Positions 18,027 through 25,025 of a stretch of DNA of 28,008 bases are shown here, piece by piece (within the stretch, counting starts at the first letter, position 1; every line of letters starts with the position of its first letter). The DNA comes from Candidatus Eiseniibacteriota bacterium (GTDB lineage Bacteria; Eisenbacteria; RBG-16-71-46), in contig JANMQY010000119.1 of assembly GCA_031370785.1 (NCBI GenBank), positions 1 through 28,008 of the forward strand, in the 5' to 3' direction. Below the pieces are notes generated by a model. The model ran no database searches, was not told where the DNA came from, and saw nothing but the letters and a program-made list of their open reading frames with translations. The translations under genes were made by a program, and so were the position numbers.

Positions 18027-20089
18027 TACGGGACGGCCGTCTCGCGCTCGAGCGCCTGAGTGACCTCGACGTACGAGCGGTGCCGGCCGGCATGGAGCAC
18101 CGGCTCCGGCGCGCGCTCGGTGACGCGCGGGTCGGCCGCGATGTAGTGCCGCGCCCAGGACTCGAGCGAGAGCCAGCGCCACACCTGCAGGCCGATGTCG
18201 CGCCCCGCGAGGAACTCCTCGAGCCCGAGACGGATTCGTCGGGCGTCCACCCACTCGTGCAGAGGCCCCGGCGTGGTCAGGCGGCGGCGCGCCTCGGCCG
18301 CCTCGCGCCCGCGCAGCCACAGATCGGTCGGAGTCTCGAAACCCATCTTGTCGCGGCGCTCCAGCACCTGACGTGGAATGCGGTCGGCGAGCGCGCGGCG
18401 CAGGATCGCCTTGGTGGTCGTGCCCTCGATGCGCTGGTCGTCGGGAAGCGAGAACATGAACTCGACCAGCCGATAGTCGAGGAACGGAAGCCGGGTCTCG
18501 ATCGAGAACGCCATGCTGTTGCGATCCTCGTAGCGGAGCAGCGACGGCAGCAGGCGCTGAAGCGTGTCGAATGCCAGCTGCCGGGTGAGCGCGGTCGGGA
18601 ATCCCTCCGGCGGCCTGGGCGGCGCCGATGCGCCGAGCGCACGCAGGCGCTCGGACAGCACGCGATCCTTGCCCTGTCCGAAGGCGCGGCGCAGGGGCGC
18701 GATGACGCCGGCCGGCAGCCACGGTTCGAGGACCAGCGCCAGCGTGTGCGTGACTCCGAGCCGGCTCGCGGTCGGACCGAACAGGCGCGCGAAGCCGGCC
18801 ACGTCCCCGGACGCGAGAAGATCGCGCAGTCGCACTGGCAGGTAGCGGTCGTAGCCGGCCAGCGTCTCGTCTCCGCCCTGTCCATCGAGCAGGACCTTGA
18901 GCCCGGCCTGATGCGCAAGCTCCATCACCTTCCATTGCGAGTACAGACCCGAGCCGGCCGTCGGCTCGTCCTGCTGAACCGCGATCCGGTCGAACACGTC
19001 CCAGAAGTCGCGTCCATCGGGCATGACCAGGTGCGCGGTCGCGCCCGAGGCCTCGACCGCCGCGCGCATGTAGGGTCGCTCGTCGTATGCCGAGCCCTCG
19101 TCGTAGGAAACGCTGAACGCGTGCAGCGGCGAGGCGCCGAGCCTGGCGGCGGTGGTCACCACCGCGGTCGAGTCGATGCCGCCCGAGAGGCACGAGCCGA
19201 CCGGAACGTCCGCGCGCAGGCGCAGGCGCACCGAGTCGGTGAACAGGCGCTCGAACTCACGCGTCCACTCCTCGGCGTTCCCGGGAGCATGCCGCGCCGG
19301 ATCGAGCGCCCACCAGCGATGCACCGCGAGCCCGCGATCGCTCACCACCAGGTAGTGCGCGGCAGGAAGCTGCCAGATTCCCTCGAAGAACGTGTGCGCC
19401 TCGTGATCCACCCAGTCGAGTGCGACGAGATCGCGGATCGCTTCCAGGCGGGGCGTGATGCGGCGCGCCTGGGTCAGCGCCAGGGCCTTGGGCTCCGACG
19501 CAAAGGCGAATCTGCGTCCGTCGAACTGGTAGTAGAGCGGCTTGACTCCGAACCGGTCGCGCACGCACAAGAGCTCCCGCGCCTCGCTATCCCACAGCGC
19601 GAATGCGAACATTCCGTTGAAGCGCTGGAACGCGTCGCGGCCCCAGCGCCGGTACGCCACCAGGATCACCTCGGTGTCGCTCCCGCTCAGGAACTTCTCG
19701 CCCATCCCCTGGAGCTCGGCGCGCAGCTCGACGTAGTTGTAGATCTCGCCGTTGTAGGTGATCCAGAGCCGGCGCGACGCATCGCACATCGGCTCGTGCC
19801 CGGCCGGGCTGAGATCGACGATCGAGAGGCGGCGGTGCAGCAGGCCGATGCCGTACGCGGGCTCGCCGTGTCCGGCGCGGCTGCGCCCCGGCGCGTAGGG
19901 CAGCTCGCTGGCATAGACGTCGTGCGGAGTGTCCGGGCCGCCCAGCGTGTGCGCCCCGACTCCGCGCGCGTCCAGCAGCACCACGCCCTCGTCATCCGGG
20001 CCGCGGTGACGCAGCAGGCGCGACATCTGATGAAGGCGCGCGAGGTCGGCGCGCCCTTCGCGGTCGTAGACCCCGGCAATTCCGCACAT
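18026..20089 (-). CDS. asnB: Glutamine-dependent amidotransferase, asparagine synthase family (polysaccharide-associated, WbpS-like)
   Basis: MCGIAG (Ntn Cys2), HRGPD, HRRLSIVDLS, YNGEIYNY, RDRFGVKPLYY, LSGGIDS, LDGQGGDE, LLRYEDRNSMAFSIETRLPFLD. Confidence 0.92.
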   Translation of the reverse strand: MCGIAGVYDREGRADLARLHQMSRLLRHRGPDDEGVVLLDARGVGAHTLGGPDTPHDVYASELPYAPGRSRAGHGEPAYGIGLLHRRLSIVDLSPAGHEPMCDASRRLWITYNGEIYNYVELRAELQGMGEKFLSGSDTEVILVAYRRWGRDAFQRFNGMFAFALWDSEARELLCVRDRFGVKPLYYQFDGRRFAFASEPKALALTQARRITPRLEAIRDLVALDWVDHEAHTFFEGIWQLPAAHYLVVSDRGLAVHRWWALDPARHAPGNAEEWTREFERLFTDSVRLRLRADVPVGSCLSGGIDSTAVVTTAARLGASPLHAFSVSYDEGSAYDERPYMRAAVEASGATAHLVMPDGRDFWDVFDRIAVQQDEPTAGSGLYSQWKVMELAHQAGLKVLLDGQGGDETLAGYDRYLPVRLRDLLASGDVAGFARLFGPTASRLGVTHTLALVLEPWLPAGVIAPLRRAFGQGKDRVLSERLRALGASAPPRPPEGFPTALTRQLAFDTLQRLLPSLLRYEDRNSMAFSIETRLPFLDYRLVEFMFSLPDDQRIEGTTTKAILRRALADRIPRQVLERRDKMGFETPTDLWLRGREAAEARRRLTTPGPLHEWVDARRIRLGLEEFLAGRDIGLQVWRWLSLESWARHYIAADPRVTERAPEPVLHAGRHRSYVEVTQALERETAVP

Positions 20090-20108
20090 GCTGGCTACTC
20101 CCCCTCTT

Positions 20109-21578
20109 TCATGACTCGCCGACGCCACGTTCCGCCGGGACTCCTGCCGGGGTCCCGGGTGTCTGCCCGCTCTCGCGCTCCCGCCATATTCTCAGCCGCA
20201 GGCACGCGCCCGCGAACAACACGAGCGCCGCCAGCTTGACCGCCACTCCAGCTCCCCCCGCGGGCGCGAACCGCTGCACCCCCAGAGCGATGATGAGCGC
20301 AGAGCCCATCGCCAGCAGCAGGCGCCCGCCGTGGAATGGCAGCGGATAGACTTTCTGCGCGATCCGGTAGGTCAACACTGCCGAAGTAGAGTAACCCATG
20401 AACGTCGCCGCCGCTGCACCCGGGACACCCCAGACCGGCGTGAATGCGAGCTGCGCGACCGTCGCGATCGCGGCCGCCGCCATTGAGCTAAACAGGAGCA
20501 GCCGGGTGCGCAGAGCCAGCACCACTCCGACCGACGCGACAGAATAGGCGCCCTGCGCGACGGCCGCAAAGGCGAGCCACGCCGCCGGCAGCGCCGCCGC
20601 TCGATACTGCGCCGGCACCAGCACCGAGATCACCTCGGGCGCGAAGAGAGAGACCACGAGCCCGATCAGCGACGCCGCGGCGACGTAGAGGCCGAAGACC
20701 CGCGCGAACAGGCGCGGCGCTTCGGGATTCCGGGCGCGCGCGAAAGCGAACGGGCCGTAGGCCAGCTGGAACGCGGAGACCACCATGGTCACGACCGCGA
20801 AGAACTTCATCGCGACCGCGTAGACCGCGACCTCGTCGAGCGAACGGGTGCGCTGCAGCACGAACCGGTCGACGCTGAGAATCACGCCATAAGCGAATCC
20901 GGTGGGGACCAGGGGCAGGCCGAAGTGCAGCATGCGCCGGAGCGCGTCGCGGCTGAACGTCGGGCGCAGGTAGTGCCGCATGAGCACGAGCCCGAACAGC
21001 GCGCACACGACATCGGCCGCGAGCCGGCCGTAGAGCACTCCGGCGACGCCGAGATGCCGCACCAGCACCAGGTAGATCGAGACGCCGCACGTGATCACGG
21101 TCTGCGCGACGTTGAGCGAGACGAATTTCCACGGCTGGAAGGTAACGCGCAGCTCGTCGTTCGCGAACAGCACCAGCAGCGTGAAGGGCAGTGTGAGCGC
21201 GCCGAGCAGGATGTACTTCCGGTAGACCTCGGAGCCCACCAGGGTGTGCGCGAACCCGGGCGCGAGCAACGCGAGCAGTGCCGCCACTGCACCGCTCGTC
21301 CCGATCCTGAAAACCAGAGAGGTCGAAATCATGCGGACGCGCGCCTTCCGATCCGGCTCGTCGTAGAAGAAGCGAGCCAGCGCGCCGTCCATCCCGAACA
21401 CCAGCACGATCACGGCGGTCTGCAGGTAGGCGAAAACCAGTTCGGAGACGCCGTACGCCGAGGGCGTGAGCGCGCGGGTGAGGATCGGAACCAGAAGGAG
21501 CTGGACCGCGCGGCCCCCCGCCTGACCGAGCCCATAGACCAGCGATTCGCCCGAGAGCTTGCGCAGCGCCTCACGCAT
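20109..21578 (-). CDS. wzx: Wzx-type oligosaccharide flippase (MOP/PST family)
   Basis: About 12-14 TM helices; LVYGLG...LLVPILTRAL.P.AYG, GMD.AL.RFFYD, RMLHFGLPLVP, DRFVL, YAVA.KF. Confidence 0.88.
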   Translation of the reverse strand: MREALRKLSGESLVYGLGQAGGRAVQLLLVPILTRALTPSAYGVSELVFAYLQTAVIVLVFGMDGALARFFYDEPDRKARVRMISTSLVFRIGTSGAVAALLALLAPGFAHTLVGSEVYRKYILLGALTLPFTLLVLFANDELRVTFQPWKFVSLNVAQTVITCGVSIYLVLVRHLGVAGVLYGRLAADVVCALFGLVLMRHYLRPTFSRDALRRMLHFGLPLVPTGFAYGVILSVDRFVLQRTRSLDEVAVYAVAMKFFAVVTMVVSAFQLAYGPFAFARARNPEAPRLFARVFGLYVAAASLIGLVVSLFAPEVISVLVPAQYRAAALPAAWLAFAAVAQGAYSVASVGVVLALRTRLLLFSSMAAAAIATVAQLAFTPVWGVPGAAAATFMGYSTSAVLTYRIAQKVYPLPFHGGRLLLAMGSALIIALGVQRFAPAGGAGVAVKLAALVLFAGACLRLRIWRERESGQTPGTPAGVPAERGVGES

Positions 21579-22587
21579 GGCGACGCTTCAGCCGCACCGC
21601 CCAGTTCTCGAGCACGCTGCGCGGCGCGTCGACCTGGAAGTAGTGCCCGAGGCTGGCGCCCAGCTCGCGCTTGAAGCGCGCGATGCTCGGGTAGTCCGCG
21701 CCGCACAGATCCCAGTAACGATGTCCGCGACGAGCGGCCTCGGCCGCGATCTCGAGCATCAGCCAGGCGCTGACGCCGCTCGCGAGGTGCGCCCCGCGGG
21801 TGCCGGCCACCCACATGAAGGCGCCCGGCGTGCCCGGGACCGAGAGCACGATCTGTGACGACACCGGTTCGCCGCTGGCGCTGCGCGCGGTCGCCATCCA
21901 CGCCACCCCTGCGTCGCCGAGCGCCTGCGCCAGCGCGAAGAAGGACGTCCTGCTCAGACTGGAGCCGAAGCCCTGACGCTCGCGGGTTTCGTCGAAGATG
22001 CTCCAGAATTTCTCGAGGTCCCACTCCCGATCGAAGGTCACCCCGGCCTCGGCGCATTTGCGCACGTGGCGTCTCACCGAATCGGCGGGCCGCCCGGGCG
22101 AGGTCAGATCGAGCGTGCAGGTGTAACGCGGAACCGCGCGCCACCCCTCCCACTGCCACGCACGCACGTCGTCGATTGACGGCATCAACATGAGCGAGAC
22201 GAGGCGATAGTGGCGCGCCAGGGCCTTCGCGAGCGCGCGAGTGGCCTCGAGCCTTTCACTCTCCAGCGAGGAAGGCGTTCCTCCGGCGCCCGCGCGATAG
22301 AGAACGCTGCTGTAGGCGGCGAGCGGCAGTCCCCGATACAGGGTGCGGCCGAATGGCCGTCGAAACGGGACCGCGACGCATGCGATCCATTCCTGACCCT
22401 TGAGGAGCACCCAGTGGTCGACCGAGGCCCCGACCATTCCGGGTGCGGCGTGAAGCCAGACCCGGCTCGAGAATGGGTTGGCCTGATCGGATCGCGCGAG
22501 AAAAGTGTCCCACCGGGCTTCGACTTCGGTCGGCTCGAGTCGCCGCACCTCGAATCGTGACTGCTCGTCGGCTGGCGGCTCGTTCAT
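21571..22587 (-). CDS. FemABX-like / GNAT acyl(aminoacyl)transferase
   Basis: RWDTFLARS.Q.NPFS..WL, YTCTLDL, SVRRHVRKC..AG, T.ERQG, WDLCGA..PSIARFKRELGA; overlaps the wzx start. Confidence 0.8.
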   Translation of the reverse strand: MNEPPADEQSRFEVRRLEPTEVEARWDTFLARSDQANPFSSRVWLHAAPGMVGASVDHWVLLKGQEWIACVAVPFRRPFGRTLYRGLPLAAYSSVLYRAGAGGTPSSLESERLEATRALAKALARHYRLVSLMLMPSIDDVRAWQWEGWRAVPRYTCTLDLTSPGRPADSVRRHVRKCAEAGVTFDREWDLEKFWSIFDETRERQGFGSSLSRTSFFALAQALGDAGVAWMATARSASGEPVSSQIVLSVPGTPGAFMWVAGTRGAHLASGVSAWLMLEIAAEAARRGHRYWDLCGADYPSIARFKRELGASLGHYFQVDAPRSVLENWAVRLKRRHA

Positions 22588-22665
22588 GGGATTCCAGGAG
22601 GGATGGGGAGAGCTGGGCGATGAGGAACTGCGCTGCAGATCCAGGACCCTCGGAAGCTGGCGGGC

Positions 22666-22694
22666 ACAATAGCGGAAGCGGCAGCGGGTGTCAC
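22666..22694 (-). promoter_or_regulatory. Putative sigma70 promoter of the glycan operon
   Basis: GTGACA (22694-22689), 17-nt spacer, TATTGT (22671-22666). Confidence 0.62.
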
Positions 22695-22720
22695 CCGCCG
22701 GCAGCGTCCCGGCTCATGGC

Positions 22721-22749
22721 GTGACACGACTCGCGCCGGGTCTTATTCT
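22721..22749 (+). promoter_or_regulatory. Putative sigma70 promoter of the divergent GT4-GNAT pair
   Basis: GTGACA (22721-22726), 17-nt spacer, TATTCT (22744-22749); GTG start 8 nt downstream with no SD. Confidence 0.62.
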
Positions 22750-22757
22750 GCGCGATC

Positions 22758-24005
22758 GTGAAGCATCTCTTCATCATTCCCGGATGGTATCCGCACCGGC
22801 CGTGCTTTCCGTTCGAAGGTCTCTACATCCGCGAGCAGGCGGAAGCCATCGGCGAACTGCATCCGGACCTCGGAGTCACGCTGAGTCTCTGGGATCAGGG
22901 GCGTGGCGAGCTGAGCCTCGGGCACCTTCTGAGGTCCCCGGGCTGCGTGCTTCGGCCTCTGGGATCGCGACCGACCGAGATCTCGCTCGCCCCGAATGTC
23001 GTCGAGCAGAGGAAGCCCACGCGCTCCTGGCACCCTCGCCAGTTCGGTGGCAATCGCGACGCCATCCTCCGGGCGAATCGAATCAACCTCGAGCGCGCGA
23101 GCGCTCGCTGGGGCAGACCGGATCTGCTTCACGCCCACGTCAGCTACCCCGCGGGATGGATTGCCATGCAGCTCAGCCGTGAGCATTCGATTCCCTACGT
23201 CATCACCGAGCACATGGGGCCGTTTCCTCTGCCGTACTACAGGACCGGTGATGGATCACTGAATCCGCTGTTGCGCAAGCCGCTCGCGAACGCCGACGCG
23301 ACGATCGCGGTCAGCCCGGCACTCGCTAGGGAGATCGAGTCCTTTGGCCTCACGCGACCACGGTATGTTCCGAATCTCGTCGACGAGCGAAGGTACCGGG
23401 TCGCCAGGAATCACGTGAATGAGCGATTCACATTCTTCACCCTTTCCGCCATGACGACTGCCAAAGGCATCTTCGACTTGCTGGAGGCCATTTCGAAGTT
23501 GTGGGATCGCCTCGAGCCAGGCAAGCGGGAACGTGTTCGCTTTCGCATCGGCGGCGGCGGTCCACAGGCAGAAGAGTTCAGGAAGGCGGCGCACCAGCAA
23601 GGGCTCGACGCCTGCGTCGCCTGGCTGGGAGAGATTCCTCGCGAGCAGGCGCGGGCGGAATTTCAGGCCTGTGACTGCTACGTCCTTGCGAGTCACCACG
23701 AGTCGTTCGGTATCGTGCTGGTCGAGGCGCTGGCGAGCGGGCGCCCCGTGATCGCCACGCGCTGCGGCGGAGCCGAGGCAATCGTGAACGAGGGCAACGG
23801 GCTTCTCGTCGAATCGAGAGACCCCGAGGCGCTGTCGAGAGCGCTCGAATCCATGTTCAATCGTACGCGCGCATACGATCCGCAGCGCCTACGCGAGGAA
23901 TTCATGTCCCGATACAGCCGTCCCGCAGTCGTGAGCGCGCTGGACACGGTCTACGATGAAGTGCTCGCGCGCCGGCTGCCCGCGCGCGGCGTTCGATCAT
24001 CGTGA
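22758..24005 (+). CDS. Glycosyltransferase family 4
   Basis: IPGWYP..G.YIREQA, PDLLHAH, PYVITEH, IAVS, VPN.VD, KG..DLLEA, ESFGIVLVEALASGRPVIATRCGG (EX7E). Confidence 0.9.
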   Translation: MKHLFIIPGWYPHRPCFPFEGLYIREQAEAIGELHPDLGVTLSLWDQGRGELSLGHLLRSPGCVLRPLGSRPTEISLAPNVVEQRKPTRSWHPRQFGGNRDAILRANRINLERASARWGRPDLLHAHVSYPAGWIAMQLSREHSIPYVITEHMGPFPLPYYRTGDGSLNPLLRKPLANADATIAVSPALAREIESFGLTRPRYVPNLVDERRYRVARNHVNERFTFFTLSAMTTAKGIFDLLEAISKLWDRLEPGKRERVRFRIGGGGPQAEEFRKAAHQQGLDACVAWLGEIPREQARAEFQACDCYVLASHHESFGIVLVEALASGRPVIATRCGGAEAIVNEGNGLLVESRDPEALSRALESMFNRTRAYDPQRLREEFMSRYSRPAVVSALDTVYDEVLARRLPARGVRSS

Positions 24006-24880
24006 ATCGCATGGAGGTCTACCCCGCCACGCTCGCTGATTTCGACGAGGTGTACCCGGTCCTTCAGGGGTTCGGCAATCCCCTCATGTCCCGAGAGGAC
24101 TACCGCCGAATGCTGTTCGACCTGCCCTGGCCTGTCGAGGAGCCGCATCGGGGATTCATGCTCCGGGACGAGGGCTCGGTGGTTGGGTTCATTGGTACGA
24201 TCTTCAGCCGGCGCATCCTGAACGGCGTGCCACGCCAGATCTGTCACCTTTCAAGCTGGATCGTGAAAGAGTCGCATCGCACCGGGAGCATGCAGCTCCT
24301 ACTACCCATCCTCGGGATGCGATCACATACTCTCGTGAACCCGAGTCCAAACGCGACGGCCTACCAAGTATTCACACGACTCGGTTTTCGCGAACTCGAG
24401 CGAGCCTACGTCCTGATGCCTCCGGTCCCCCGAGCCGCAGAATTCGGGCACCCCTTCGAGAGCTCGGTGATCACGGACTTCGAGGCGATCGAGTCGCAGC
24501 TGGACCCCGTCGGACGCGAGATCGCTCGACACATGAAGTCGACCCTGGCCGGGCAGGCCCTGCTTCGATGCGGCAACCGGCATTGCCACATCATTGCGTC
24601 GCGGAGCCCGTGGAAAGGTAAGGTGAGACTCGCGCATGTCCTCTATGCCAGCGATTGGAGCCTGCTCGGGAACCATGTGGGCAGGGTGAGCGCGGCGTTT
24701 TCGCGTACGTTGAAGACCTTCGGCCTGCGCGTCGAGTCACGGCATCTCCGAGGCTCTCGACCCGTGCTCGCGGCGGTGCGCCCGATCGCCTACCCCATGC
24801 TCTATCGTCCCGAAAGCCCTGATATCACCCCAGAAATGTTGGATGGTCTCTATTCCGACCTCGTCGGGCACCGATGGTAG
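24002..24880 (+). CDS. GNAT-like N-acyltransferase
   Basis: GFML..EG.VVGFIG.I.S.R....ICHLSSWIVKESHR..SM.LL...SPN..AYQVF.RLGF fits GNAT motifs A/B; GTGA overlap with the upstream GT4 stop. Confidence 0.65.
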   Translation: MNRMEVYPATLADFDEVYPVLQGFGNPLMSREDYRRMLFDLPWPVEEPHRGFMLRDEGSVVGFIGTIFSRRILNGVPRQICHLSSWIVKESHRTGSMQLLLPILGMRSHTLVNPSPNATAYQVFTRLGFRELERAYVLMPPVPRAAEFGHPFESSVITDFEAIESQLDPVGREIARHMKSTLAGQALLRCGNRHCHIIASRSPWKGKVRLAHVLYASDWSLLGNHVGRVSAAFSRTLKTFGLRVESRHLRGSRPVLAAVRPIAYPMLYRPESPDITPEMLDGLYSDLVGHRW

Positions 24881-25025
24881 CCCGCCCGTGTGCGTGCGGG
24901 TGGAATAGCTGCGAGCCCTTTGGTGTTCGACGCCTAAGCGCCCGAACTTTTCGGCCCGTCGAGCAGACCCGTGAGGAGATGGCCACCTCAAGCGAAACGT
25001 CTCGACCCTAGGGTCGTTCCATCTT

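Noticed and set aside
18026..20089. AsnB as a lasso-peptide cyclase or housekeeping asparagine synthetase
   Set aside because: Intact Cys2 glutaminase domain, no precursor peptide or B proteins, and polysaccharide context favour a glycan amidotransferase.
22603..22620. Two 10-bp-spaced TGGG boxes in the glycan operon leader as MraZ sites
   Set aside because: Only two short boxes in GC-rich DNA; compatible with chance.
24955..25010. Hammerhead-like multibranch fold (GCGAAAC)
   Set aside because: No CUGANGA catalytic core on either strand.
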